A program made the position numbers and the translations under genes. Positions 38,369-47,493 of a stretch of DNA of 64,000 nucleotides are shown here, one piece after another. Position 1 is the first letter of the stretch. Every line of letters starts with the position of its first letter. Below the pieces are notes generated by a model. The model had not been told where the DNA came from and did not search any database. It saw only the letters and a program-made list of their open reading frames with translations. The DNA is from Candidatus Micrarchaeota archaeon (GTDB lineage: Archaea > Micrarchaeota > Micrarchaeia > Anstonellales > Bilamarchaeaceae). The stretch spans positions 519,417 through 583,416 of the forward strand of contig JBDRCX010000006.1 in NCBI GenBank assembly GCA_043821365.1. The letters are read 5' to 3'.

Positions 38369-41251
38369 ATGAAAGTAAACCTAAAGAAAATCGGCGCAGT
38401 TGTTGCGGGTGCAACAATTCTAGCCAGCTCAGCCGCGTTTGCCGGACTTATGTTCGGATCAACAACGTTGGTTGATGACAACGGTGCCCCAGTGGCAAAG
38501 GTTGTCGTGGGCAGCAATGCTATGCCAAGCGACGGTGTCGCAGCAGCATTGATTGCAGGAAAAATGGTAAGCGAAGCATACAAGTCAGCCACCTTGACCG
38601 CTCAAGTGTCTGGTACTGCAACTTGTTCAGGAGATGCAAATGCAACAGGAACCTGTGCAATTAGCAATGAGAAAGCAAAATTGGAAATTACAGTTCCAGA
38701 CTCAGTTGCAACAGGAACATGGACTGGAGCAAGCCTTATCGGTGATTTTATCAACAGAGATTTGAACGACCGAGTTCATAACGATGTTGCTGATAATGAT
38801 GTGTTGTATCCATTAACTGCATCTGAAACATCTGAAAGTGCAAACCCATTTACAGATAATACTGGTGCAGGTACTGATTTGGCATCTTCACCATCTGATG
38901 ATGAGGTTTTCTACAAAGTAGATGGCAGTGATTTTACTCCATTTGCTGATGCTGACTTATCGGATGATGATGCAGGTGATTCATATACAGAATCTCAAGC
39001 ATTGTGGATTCAAGGTGATGGTGAATATAATACTGGAGAAGAAGAACTTGTAGGACATGTTGATCTTTTGGTTTATTCAATAAGATTTGATGGTCCAGGT
39101 GGAGATGAAGCAGGTATTCCTGTTTGTACGAGCCCAGAAAATACAGACTACACATTCTGTAAGACTGGAGATGGCAACTTGGATTACGCAACAGAAACCC
39201 ATAAAGTTAATGTTTACTTCTTGGGTGAAAGTTGGGTTATTAGTGAAATGAACCCACCAACAGATGCAACTGCTGATGAGGATCTTGTCCAGAGCGGTGG
39301 TTCAATTAAACTTGCAAAAGAAGCAGTTTCTGGTATCTTAAACCAAGGTGAATCACTTCCAGTTGATGGATACAAATTCCAATTGGATGATCTTGAAGCA
39401 CATGGTGATCAAACATCTGCAATTTTGTCTGTTCTAGATGCTAACGGTAACATTCTCAAAAAAGACAAAGTTGAACCAGGTGAAACAAAAGAATTCAATA
39501 TTGAAGGACAAACATACAGATTCCACGTATACAAAGTTGCCCCAGGTTATACCTTCGGTGCAAAATGGGCAGATGTGGCTATCTTCTCTGAAGAATTAGA
39601 ATTAGAAGATGGTGAAGAGCTCAACAAAGAAGAAGGAGATAACGAAGGGTATTATGTAACTCTTGGTTGGAAGAACTATGATGCAGAAGCTGATGATGGT
39701 GATGCAGACAATGGTGAAGAAGAACAACCAGATGCATTGAGAACAATTATTCTCTATGCAGAAACACCAGAAGATGTTATCAGCAGCGGTGAAGATTTCT
39801 TGCTTGCAGGAGATTATATCCCAATTGTTCAAGATCCAGTTGCATGGAAACTAACTTTCCAAGGTTTGGACTTGACAACTGATGACTACTTTGGCCTTAG
39901 TTTCTCATTAGAGACAGGTGATAAGACCATTTCTGCAAATAAGATGGCAGATAATCTTGACTGTACCATAGCTGGTCCATATGTCGAAGTATCATCTGAT
40001 GCAGATGGTGGTATATTCGAAGTTAGTACTTTCTCTGACAATGAATTTTATGTCACACTAGGTAACGACTTTACCGACAATCTTGGAGGAGGTCTCTGTG
40101 ATGCATTAGCTGGAGGAGCTACTGGTATCGGTGCAATTGTTATGCAAGAATCTTCATCCTCTGGAGCTGACTACAACGTAGTACCATATGTTGTTGGTTC
40201 TGAAACAGAAGTTGGTTATTCACAAGTTGGTGATGGTGAAGATACATTTACCACAGGCGGTTCAATTTTGATTGAACAAGGCACAACTGTTAATGCCGAA
40301 TTACTTGCATCAACTATAGGTCCACCAATTGCACTATCTGATGATGAGATTGGTGCGTTGTTCGAAACTGTCCATGCGGCAGAGGACACTACAGTTACTG
40401 GTGGTGCTGGTTTGTACTTTGCAGTTTCAGAACATGCAGGTAATGACTACGTAAACTACTGGATATTCGGTGTTGATGACTATACTGACACAACAGATGT
40501 TGAATTCCAGTTCGATACTGATGCAATATTGAACATTGGCGGTACAACAGTCTTGTCAGATGATAGGTTACTGTACGGCCATGCAACTCCAAATGGAGAT
40601 GACTTCTATGTTGATGGTGCAGCAGCAACGGTATCTGGTCCAGTTGATTCTGGCGTAGAAATGGTTGAAGAAGGGTATGTATCAGAAAGAGGAACAGTTC
40701 TAAAATCATTTGACAGTGATGAAGTTAAATTCGATATGACTCATACACTTGGTCATCTTGAATGGTTCCTTGCTTCATCTGCAACTTCAGCAGACGATGC
40801 CTCAACAACCATTTGGACTGGTGGTGAAGGTGAATCAACCACTGTAAGCGGCGTAACAGTTAAAGTTCTCGAAATAACTGAAACTGTAGGCGCATGCAGC
40901 GCAGCAGGTGGTGCACCAGCATGTACAGCAGACATGACCGGCGTTACAGCAGTCATTATGCCAAACAATGCAGCATCAGTAACCGTTGCAATGCCATACA
41001 CTGGCAGCTATGGTAACTTGGTCGTACTCGACACAGATGCCGTAGGTGTAAACACCTTAGTATCAGTTGGTGGTGACAAAGTTAACTCTGTTACTGCAGG
41101 CTTGTTACAAGGTACACCAGTAGATTGGACAGCAGAGACAAAGGTTGTAAGAGAAGTCGTACAGGGATCAAAGATTGTGGTCGCTGGTAAAGACGCATCA
41201 GACACACTCGAAGCAGCCTCAGACTTTGTAGCACAAGTCCAAAAAGTCTAA
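38369..41251 (+). CDS. S-layer (surface-layer) protein
   Basis: Signal peptide MKVNLKKIGAVVAGATILASSAAFAG, a very acidic T/S/D/G-rich body and a C-terminal ...LVVLDTDAVGVNTLVSVGGDKVNSVTAGLL... typical of euryarchaeal-type S-layer C-terminal domains. Strong SD and a T-rich terminator. Confidence 0.7.
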   Translation: MKVNLKKIGAVVAGATILASSAAFAGLMFGSTTLVDDNGAPVAKVVVGSNAMPSDGVAAALIAGKMVSEAYKSATLTAQVSGTATCSGDANATGTCAISNEKAKLEITVPDSVATGTWTGASLIGDFINRDLNDRVHNDVADNDVLYPLTASETSESANPFTDNTGAGTDLASSPSDDEVFYKVDGSDFTPFADADLSDDDAGDSYTESQALWIQGDGEYNTGEEELVGHVDLLVYSIRFDGPGGDEAGIPVCTSPENTDYTFCKTGDGNLDYATETHKVNVYFLGESWVISEMNPPTDATADEDLVQSGGSIKLAKEAVSGILNQGESLPVDGYKFQLDDLEAHGDQTSAILSVLDANGNILKKDKVEPGETKEFNIEGQTYRFHVYKVAPGYTFGAKWADVAIFSEELELEDGEELNKEEGDNEGYYVTLGWKNYDAEADDGDADNGEEEQPDALRTIILYAETPEDVISSGEDFLLAGDYIPIVQDPVAWKLTFQGLDLTTDDYFGLSFSLETGDKTISANKMADNLDCTIAGPYVEVSSDADGGIFEVSTFSDNEFYVTLGNDFTDNLGGGLCDALAGGATGIGAIVMQESSSSGADYNVVPYVVGSETEVGYSQVGDGEDTFTTGGSILIEQGTTVNAELLASTIGPPIALSDDEIGALFETVHAAEDTTVTGGAGLYFAVSEHAGNDYVNYWIFGVDDYTDTTDVEFQFDTDAILNIGGTTVLSDDRLLYGHATPNGDDFYVDGAAATVSGPVDSGVEMVEEGYVSERGTVLKSFDSDEVKFDMTHTLGHLEWFLASSATSADDASTTIWTGGEGESTTVSGVTVKVLEITETVGACSAAGGAPACTADMTGVTAVIMPNNAASVTVAMPYTGSYGNLVVLDTDAVGVNTLVSVGGDKVNSVTAGLLQGTPVDWTAETKVVREVVQGSKIVVAGKDASDTLEAASDFVAQVQKV

Positions 41252-41257
41252 TTTGAC

Positions 41258-41285
41258 TTTTTTTATTTTTTCTTTTTATTTTATT
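41258..41285 (+). terminator. Oligo-T terminator region after the S-layer gene
   Basis: CTTTTTTTATTTTTTCTTTTTATTTTA immediately after the stop codon. Oligo-T tracts are the archaeal termination signal. Confidence 0.55.
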
Positions 41286-41384
41286 TATCTACTTCTAGAT
41301 GAAAAAATAGATCTTGTTGTTCATAATTTGTAGTGGCGAATTAAAATCAAAAAGCTTAAATAATCGTAGGCACTACATATTAAC

Positions 41385-42302
41385 ATGGTTTTTATAAGAA
41401 AAAAGAGTAAGAGTAACACCTACTACTATGAACTTGTTGAGAATAAGCGTATTGGTGGAAAAGTAGTTCAAAAAGTTCTTGAATATTTTCCTACAATTAC
41501 AGATGCTACAGAATATGCAAAAAAACATGGGCTCAAATTACCAAAAGATGATGGGGAATGGATAAATGAACATCTAAGAAAGTCCTTGAATGAAAAGTTT
41601 GCTAAATTAAATTCTATAAGGCCTCTTCCAAAGAATGTTCTTGAAAGATTACGTGATAAATTTGAAGTAGATATGACATACAATTCAAATGCTATAGAAG
41701 GGAATCGTCTTACTCTCAGAGAAACTTGGATGGTTTTAAGAAAAGGAATAACAGTACGTGGTAAATCTATGAAAGAGCATTTGGAGGCTACAAATCATGC
41801 TGAAGCAATAGAGTTGTTGGAAAATTTAGCAAATTCAAAAAATGAAATCAAAGAATCAGATGTTCTAAGTATACATGCGATAATACTCGACAAAATCGAT
41901 TCACAGAATGCTGGATTCTATCGCCATGAACAAGTGTATATAGAAGGTTCCACAGTCCAACTTGCAAAATGGAAAGAAGTACCTCGTCTAATGCAGGAAG
42001 TTTACAAAGAACTGAATAATTTAGATAAGGGCATATCTGCTATCTATTCTGCGGTAAAAATCCATCATAAAACTGTCAAAATACATCCTTTTGTGGATGG
42101 TAATGGGCGACTAGCACGTCTTCTTATGAATTTAAGGCTTATACGTGCAGGTTTTCCACCAACAATACTAAGAAAAGAAGAAAGACGATCATATTACTCT
42201 GCTTTGGAAAAAGCAGACTCTGGAGACTTTAGGTCTTTGTCTATGTTGATTGCAAATGACGTTCGAAAAGCACTTGATTTGTATACAGAAGCTGTGGAAT
42301 AA
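41385..42302 (+). CDS. Fic/DOC-family protein (AMPylase-type Fido domain) with an intramolecular inhibitory motif
   Basis: HPFVDGNGRLARLL matches HxFx(D/E)GNGRxxR. The upstream SNAIEGN matches the (S/T)xxxE(G/N) autoinhibitory helix. Confidence 0.85.
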   Translation: MVFIRKKSKSNTYYYELVENKRIGGKVVQKVLEYFPTITDATEYAKKHGLKLPKDDGEWINEHLRKSLNEKFAKLNSIRPLPKNVLERLRDKFEVDMTYNSNAIEGNRLTLRETWMVLRKGITVRGKSMKEHLEATNHAEAIELLENLANSKNEIKESDVLSIHAIILDKIDSQNAGFYRHEQVYIEGSTVQLAKWKEVPRLMQEVYKELNNLDKGISAIYSAVKIHHKTVKIHPFVDGNGRLARLLMNLRLIRAGFPPTILRKEERRSYYSALEKADSGDFRSLSMLIANDVRKALDLYTEAVE

Positions 42303-42380
42303 GTCATTGTATAATACACATCAAAATCCACTCTCTAGCGAACTGTAATCCTTTATATTTTTTCTCTTAGTATCACTCAC

Positions 42381-43160
42381 ATGGCAGCTCCAACCGTAGA
42401 ACACAAAATCATCCCCCCAGGAAAGAAACTTCCTCAGAATGTAGAAATCCTTGCTGGAAAAGTAAAATCAATTACACTTGTTCTTCCGTTGTTAAATGAA
42501 AAAAACGCATACTTAGTAATAAAACTTCCCGAATCAGTTCTAAAAGATGTTTTAGAGCATGCAGCAAAACTTCCAGAAGCACAAAGAACACAATTTGTTC
42601 AAGATTGGCTTATGAAAAACCAAGACGTTGCGTTGCAACAATATATCAAAAGCAAAGCAAAAGTATTCACTCTTGATGTTGTACCAGTTAGAGTTGCAGA
42701 ACCAAGTAGGTTGGGTACAATTCATCTTGAAAAAGCACCACACCGAATTGGTCTTGAAAGAGGAGAGACAAGAATTCTATCAGGTTCAGGTACAACTGGA
42801 GACCCCTACCAAGCAACAATCGCAGTTTCTCCTTTTGTTAGATTGGAGGGAGTTGGTAAAAAAGCAGTTAAGCTACCCTTAATAATTGATTTGGAATCAT
42901 TTGGACAATTTCACTTTAAAATTACATTAAAATTAGGGCAGTTAGCTGAAGACAATATTTCAGTAACAAGTGGCAGTATTTCGTTCTTATTACGACAACA
43001 AATAACTAAATTAGCTTCAACGCAATTTGATACTGAAACAAGGGATTTTAGGGAAGCACTTCGTGATGCAATGTCAAATATTGCACCGAATTTGCGTGAA
43101 CAAGTCAAAAGGATGAAAGTCAAACACCCAGAATGGACTGATTGTCTAGAAGGAAATTAA
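42381..43160 (+). CDS. Hypothetical protein
   Basis: 259-aa ORF; no motif recognised. Confidence 0.4.
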   Translation: MAAPTVEHKIIPPGKKLPQNVEILAGKVKSITLVLPLLNEKNAYLVIKLPESVLKDVLEHAAKLPEAQRTQFVQDWLMKNQDVALQQYIKSKAKVFTLDVVPVRVAEPSRLGTIHLEKAPHRIGLERGETRILSGSGTTGDPYQATIAVSPFVRLEGVGKKAVKLPLIIDLESFGQFHFKITLKLGQLAEDNISVTSGSISFLLRQQITKLASTQFDTETRDFREALRDAMSNIAPNLREQVKRMKVKHPEWTDCLEGN

Positions 43161-43195
43161 CAACAGTTTTAAATCTGCACAAGCTTATCACTTCT

Positions 43196-43867
43196 ATGGG
43201 TAATTGTTCTAGATGCGGCCGCAGCGGAGAGATAGAATATGGTTCTGACGGTCTATCCTATTGTTCTGCATGCATATTCTATGGTCTAAATAAACCATGC
43301 TGGAGATGCCGTATGTATCTTCCTGCTTCTGAACTTCAACAATACAAAGGCCAGTTCACCTGCCCATATTGTATAATGGATATGCGTGATGAAGATAGAA
43401 GGATAGAACAATCAGTAACAAAAAAGCCAAAAGTAGAAATACTAGCATATAATGAAAGATGCGAAAGATGCGGACGTGATCTTGAAGCAAGAGTTTACAT
43501 TGTAAATGGAAAAAAACTCTGTAAAAGTTGCGTTGATGCAGAAAAAAACACCTGGGAATTAGTAAGTGGTTCTCCTATGGGTGCAGGACAAAAAATATCA
43601 GTAAAACCAATAATACAAAAGAAAAAAATGGGTCTTCTATCTGCCTTTATCTCTGAAGCATTATATGCACTAAAACTGAAGAGGAAACCAGTAGAGGAAA
43701 TAGTTGTTTATGATACAAAAATGCCAATACAGTATGCAAAACCAATGACAGAAAAACCAATGCAAAAAGATGAAAAGAAACCAGAGACAGAAGGACTTAT
43801 GGTAATAAAGCCAGAAGTCAAAAAAGCCAAGAAAAGAAGAAAAAAGAAGAAAGGTCAGAACAAATAA
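43196..43867 (+). CDS. Hypothetical multi-zinc-ribbon protein with a K-rich C-terminal tail
   Basis: CSRCG...CSAC, CWRC...CPYC and CERCG...CKSC pairs, ending KKAKKRRKKKKGQNK. ATG at 43196; the track TTG at 43142 overlaps the upstream gene. Confidence 0.45.
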   Translation: MGNCSRCGRSGEIEYGSDGLSYCSACIFYGLNKPCWRCRMYLPASELQQYKGQFTCPYCIMDMRDEDRRIEQSVTKKPKVEILAYNERCERCGRDLEARVYIVNGKKLCKSCVDAEKNTWELVSGSPMGAGQKISVKPIIQKKKMGLLSAFISEALYALKLKRKPVEEIVVYDTKMPIQYAKPMTEKPMQKDEKKPETEGLMVIKPEVKKAKKRRKKKKGQNK

Positions 43868-43901
43868 AAACCCAACGTCATATTTTATCCTAGCGGGTTT
43901 A

Positions 43902-44417
43902 ATGGTACTTAATTATTCTGAACTTAGAGATATTCAAAAGCGCGAGATGGATTCATCAGCAATAGTTAAGTTGCCAGAAGATTTCTACCAGGAAGTTTCA
44001 AAACTTCTTGCAAAAAAAAATTCTGATGCCGTATCGTCAAAATTGCTTCTTGCAATAAAAGAATACGAGAATATAAAGAAAATCATTGTTTCAATATCTA
44101 GTAAACGAGAAGAAAAGATAGTTTTAATGGCAGTTAGGGGGGAAAGAGAAGGTCTTGGCCTTACTTTAGAGGAAAGGGAAATGTTAAAAGAGCTATCCTC
44201 AATAATTAAGAAAGCAAGGTCCAAAACTCAGTCTGTATGGGCTGCAGAGGATCCCAAAGCAGGCAATTCAAGAAAAGTAAAAGTGCTGAAAGATATCTCT
44301 CAGTATCGTGGTCTTGATAATGAGATATATGGTCCGTTTAAGGAAGGTGAAGAAAAATCCCTTCCGAAAGCTGAGGCAGAATGGTTATTAAAAGCTGGAA
44401 TGGCTGAAATTCTATAG
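43902..44417 (+). CDS. GINS complex subunit (Gins51-like)
   Basis: N-terminal LRDIQKREMDSSAIVKLPEDFYQEVSKLL and C-terminal VKVLKDISQYRGLDNEIYGPFKEGEEKSLPKAEAEWLLKAGMAEIL fit the archaeal Gins51 A and B domains. Confidence 0.7.
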   Translation: MVLNYSELRDIQKREMDSSAIVKLPEDFYQEVSKLLAKKNSDAVSSKLLLAIKEYENIKKIIVSISSKREEKIVLMAVRGEREGLGLTLEEREMLKELSSIIKKARSKTQSVWAAEDPKAGNSRKVKVLKDISQYRGLDNEIYGPFKEGEEKSLPKAEAEWLLKAGMAEIL

Positions 44418-44419
44418 GT

Positions 44420-44442
44420 GTAAAAATGCAATGCATTTTTAC
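44420..44442 (+). terminator. Hairpin with a T5 run after the GINS gene
   Basis: GTAAAAATGC-AAT-GCATTTTTAC, a perfect 10-bp stem starting 3 nt after the stop. Confidence 0.45.
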
Positions 44443-44475
44443 TTAATAAATGTAATTTTTACAGGGTGATTAAGA

Positions 44476-44754
44476 ATGAAATTTCCAAAGGAAATAAATG
44501 CATATTGTCCTTATTGCAAATCTCACAAAGTGCATAAGGTTAAGGCTGCAAGTAAAGGCAGAGCCAGAACAATGGCAAAGGGAAACAGAGCACACAACAG
44601 AAGCCTTATGGGGCACGGCAGTAAAAGAGCTGGTGAAAAAACAGTGAGAAAGCAAGGAAAAAAGCAAAAATTAGCATTACAATGCAGTGCATGCAAGAAA
44701 AAACAAGAAAGAATTGTTGGTGGAAGAACAACAAAGAAAATCGAATTCAAGTGA
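44476..44754 (+). CDS. rpl44e: Ribosomal protein eL42 (L44e)
   Basis: MKFPKEINAYCPYCKSHKVHKV...CSACKKK zinc-ribbon L44e pattern. Confidence 0.9.
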   Translation: MKFPKEINAYCPYCKSHKVHKVKAASKGRARTMAKGNRAHNRSLMGHGSKRAGEKTVRKQGKKQKLALQCSACKKKQERIVGGRTTKKIEFK

Positions 44755-44770
44755 TTATGAGGTTATATTT

Positions 44771-44938
44771 ATGGCTGGCAAATATTTGAAAGTAAAATGT
44801 AAATGTGGAAATGAGCAAGTTGTTTTTAGTCATACTACTTCGGTGGTAAACTGCAGCGGATGCAAAGAACCGTTGGCACACCCATCTGGAGGAACAGCAG
44901 TTATCCATGGGGAAGTTTTGGGTGATTTAGATAGTTGA
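44771..44938 (+). CDS. rps27e: Ribosomal protein eS27 (S27e)
   Basis: MAGKYLKVKCKCGNEQVVFSHTTSVVNCSGCKEPLAHPSGG. ATG at 44771; the track ORF start at 44687 is an upstream extension. Confidence 0.9.
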   Translation: MAGKYLKVKCKCGNEQVVFSHTTSVVNCSGCKEPLAHPSGGTAVIHGEVLGDLDS

Positions 44939-45677
44939 ACTCCCAGAAGAAGATGAATTAGTTCTTGCAACTATTAAAAAAATCCAGCCCTATGGTGCAT
45001 TTTGTACTCTTACTGAATATAATAATATAGATGCATTCTTGCATGTTTCAGAAGTTGCACCTCGTTGGATAAAAAATATCCATGAATTTATCTCTGAAGG
45101 CCAAAGATATGTGGTTAAAGTTCACCATGTTGACAAGGAGAAAAATCAAGTTGATATATCCATAAAAAGAGTGAGTGAAGAAGAAAAGAAACAAAAACTC
45201 GAATTAGTCCAAAACGAAAAAAGAGGTTCAAAACTTCTTGAGATTGCAATCAAAGCAACAAAAACAACAATTGATCTGCCAACTGCTAAAAAAGAAATTG
45301 AAAATTATTTTGATGATGTTTATGCCTGCTTTAAGGAAGTCAATGCCGATGGCGAAGATGTATTAAAAAAATTAGATCTTCCAAAACCACTTAAAACAAA
45401 AATATTTGAAATAGCAAAAAAGAACATAAAGAAGCCAGTTGTAACTGTGGATGCAATAATGACCATTGTCTGTTATTCTCAAAACGGTGTTGAAACAATA
45501 CAAAATGCATTGAAAGTTGATGGTGCCGATATTCACTATCTTGGTGCTCCAAAATACAAAATCTCGTTGACTGCTCCTGATTACAAATCTGGAGAGAAAA
45601 AACTTCTCAGTATGTTGGAACATATAAAAACCTACGCTCAGAAGAATAATTGTGATTTTAAAGTCCACAGGGATTAG
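44931..45677 (+). CDS. eif2a: Translation initiation factor aIF2 alpha subunit; the start codon is unclear
   Basis: The S1 domain LPEEDELVLATIKKIQPYGAFCTLTEYNNIDAFLHVSEVAPRWIKNI... begins upstream of the first canonical start (TTG 45039). The frame opens at 44931 (ATA) right after an in-frame TAG. Confidence 0.8.
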   Translation: MVELPEEDELVLATIKKIQPYGAFCTLTEYNNIDAFLHVSEVAPRWIKNIHEFISEGQRYVVKVHHVDKEKNQVDISIKRVSEEEKKQKLELVQNEKRGSKLLEIAIKATKTTIDLPTAKKEIENYFDDVYACFKEVNADGEDVLKKLDLPKPLKTKIFEIAKKNIKKPVVTVDAIMTIVCYSQNGVETIQNALKVDGADIHYLGAPKYKISLTAPDYKSGEKKLLSMLEHIKTYAQKNNCDFKVHRD

Positions 45678-45706
45678 TGCGACTGGAGCTGGTTTTATTG
45701 TTTAAG

Positions 45707-45847
45707 ATGAGATTTTGTAAAGTTTGCGAAAGTTATACTCTAACTAACGAACATTGTAGTCTTCAGACGTTATCAGCTCACCCTGCGAATTTTAATCCAA
45801 ATGATCCCTATGGAACTTATCGCAGAAAAGTAAAATTTGGTGCTTAA
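45707..45847 (+). CDS. nop10: H/ACA RNP component Nop10 (46 aa; absent from the ORF track)
   Basis: MRFCKVCESYTLTNEHCSLQTLSAHPANFNPNDPYGTYRRKVKFGA: zinc-ribbon-like CxxC...C plus the AHPxxFxPxDxYxxYRR signature. The L44e-S27e-aIF2alpha-Nop10 order is conserved in archaea. Confidence 0.85.
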   Translation: MRFCKVCESYTLTNEHCSLQTLSAHPANFNPNDPYGTYRRKVKFGA

Positions 45848-45848
45848 T

Positions 45849-46613
45849 ATGGAAAAAACAACTATTATCGAAAAAGTCCAAGTGAAGAAACTTCGTAAAG
45901 CAGTACTTATAACCGGACTTCCTGGCATTGGACTCATTGGTCAAGTTGTTGGAAGATATCTTGTTGATGAGCTAAAAGCAAAAAGAATTGCAAACTTATA
46001 TTCACCACATTTTCCCCATCAGGTTTTCATGACCAAAAGAGGTGGAATGAGACTAATAAAAAACAGTTTCTATTTTCACAAAGGCAAAAAAAGAGACATA
46101 CTGATTCTGGTGGGAGATATTCAGGCCATGAGTTCAGTTGGTCAGTATGAAGTTGCAAGCAGAACACTTGATTACTGCCAGAAAATAGGGGTTACTGAAA
46201 TTCTTACTGTTGGTGGTTATAGCACTGGTAAAATCTCAGAAAATAGGAAGATTTTCTGTGTAGCAACATCAGATGGTTTAAGGGAACGATTGAAAAAATT
46301 CCATGTTATCTTTGGAGAAGCAAGAGGCTCAATTGTTGGTGCAGCAGGGCTTTTACCTTCATTGTGTAAATTCAGAGGTATGGAAGGAGCCTGTGTCATG
46401 GGCGAAACCCATGGTGGCTATATAGATACTGCTTCAGCAAGACAAATAACAATAATGCTTTCCAAATATCTTGATATCAAACTTAATTTGAAAAAGCTTG
46501 ATGAAAGGGCAGCAGAAAGCCAGAAGGTCTTGAAAAAAGTACAGGACGAAGTTCAGAAAACAATGGAAGCCCAAAATGAAGCTTTGAACAGAAATGTCAC
46601 ATACATAAGATAA
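45849..46613 (+). CDS. PAC2-family proteasome assembly chaperone (PbaA/B-like)
   Basis: LITGLPGIGLIGQVVGRYLVDEL...LVGDIQA...TVGGY pattern. ATG at 45849. Confidence 0.75.
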   Translation: MEKTTIIEKVQVKKLRKAVLITGLPGIGLIGQVVGRYLVDELKAKRIANLYSPHFPHQVFMTKRGGMRLIKNSFYFHKGKKRDILILVGDIQAMSSVGQYEVASRTLDYCQKIGVTEILTVGGYSTGKISENRKIFCVATSDGLRERLKKFHVIFGEARGSIVGAAGLLPSLCKFRGMEGACVMGETHGGYIDTASARQITIMLSKYLDIKLNLKKLDERAAESQKVLKKVQDEVQKTMEAQNEALNRNVTYIR

Positions 46614-46648
46614 TTAAATTTTCCTCCATTATTATTTTGGGGGATGAT

Positions 46649-47020
46649 ATGCGTGGGCAAATCAGTCTAGAATATCTTTTCATATCTGTTATTTCTCTTT
46701 GTTTGATCTCAATATCTCTATTTTCCTTAATGGCAATCAGAGATTTTTCTATGAAGGCCATAGAGATCCTAACGTTCAAATTTTCTGTCTCAACACTTAG
46801 CAATATGATTGGTGAAGTATGTGTTATGGGAAACGGAAATTCACAATATCTTTATTTGAATAATCTGTCTGTTGAATCAGTAAAAGATGATTTTTGGATA
46901 GTGAGATTTAGTTCTGGCAACATGTCTATTGTGAAAAAAGCACTCTGCCAAGTAGAAGGAAAAGCAAATGGAGAAACACAAATTAAGAATGAAAATGGAA
47001 TAATTATCCTATCAAACTAA
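46649..47020 (+). CDS. Type IV pilin-like protein with an archaeal class III signal peptide
   Basis: MRGQISLEYLFISVISLCLISISLFSL has the RGQ-S-x-E-Y/L prepilin-peptidase site followed by a hydrophobic helix. Confidence 0.6.
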   Translation: MRGQISLEYLFISVISLCLISISLFSLMAIRDFSMKAIEILTFKFSVSTLSNMIGEVCVMGNGNSQYLYLNNLSVESVKDDFWIVRFSSGNMSIVKKALCQVEGKANGETQIKNENGIIILSN

Positions 47021-47047
47021 ATAACAAAGGAGATTCAAAAAGATGGC

Positions 47048-47093
47048 AAGAACGTTGCGACGTTCTTGACTGTCTTGAAATAGGAATTTCAAG
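47048..47093 (+). repeat. Double-hairpin element sharing a 17-nt core with 8641-8730
   Basis: AAGAACGT-TGCG-ACGTTCTT, then TCTTGACTGTCTTGAAA (47064-47080), then the hairpin CTTGAAAT-AGGA-ATTTCAAG. Confidence 0.65.
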
Positions 47094-47111
47094 TACAACC
47101 GTAGGTTCTTT

Positions 47112-47429
47112 TTATATTACAGTAAGCTTTCCAAATTTTCCTAATGTTAATTGGGCAGCTCCTTGCCATTCATTTACATAACCATTTTCTATCTTTATCT
47201 TGTCTCCAGTTTTTACAGAATCTATCTGTTCATTCCATAGAACAAGAGTAACAGTTCCACTGTCATCCTTTATTGTTGCATTTCCAACTCTTAATTTTCT
47301 CCCGTATTTGTTAATTTCGCGTTCACTGTCCATAGAGACAACTTCGGCTTCGATATTAACACTGCCAGTTCCTGCCTTCAAATCTTTAATCTTCATACCA
47401 CTACCTTCAGTTTCTTTCTTTTTTGCCAT
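47112..47429 (-). CDS. OB-fold nucleic-acid-binding protein (SSB/RPA-like single OB)
   Basis: IKDLKAGTGSVNIEAEVVS...GNATIKDDSGTVTLVLWNEQID...GDKIKIENGYVNEWQG..QLTLGKFGKL. Confidence 0.65.
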   Translation of the reverse strand: MAKKKETEGSGMKIKDLKAGTGSVNIEAEVVSMDSEREINKYGRKLRVGNATIKDDSGTVTLVLWNEQIDSVKTGDKIKIENGYVNEWQGAAQLTLGKFGKLTVI

Positions 47430-47493
47430 TTTAATACTCTCCTTTTTTTGTTTGATGTGTGGGTCTAAGGGGGCGTGCCCCTTAAATAAACAA

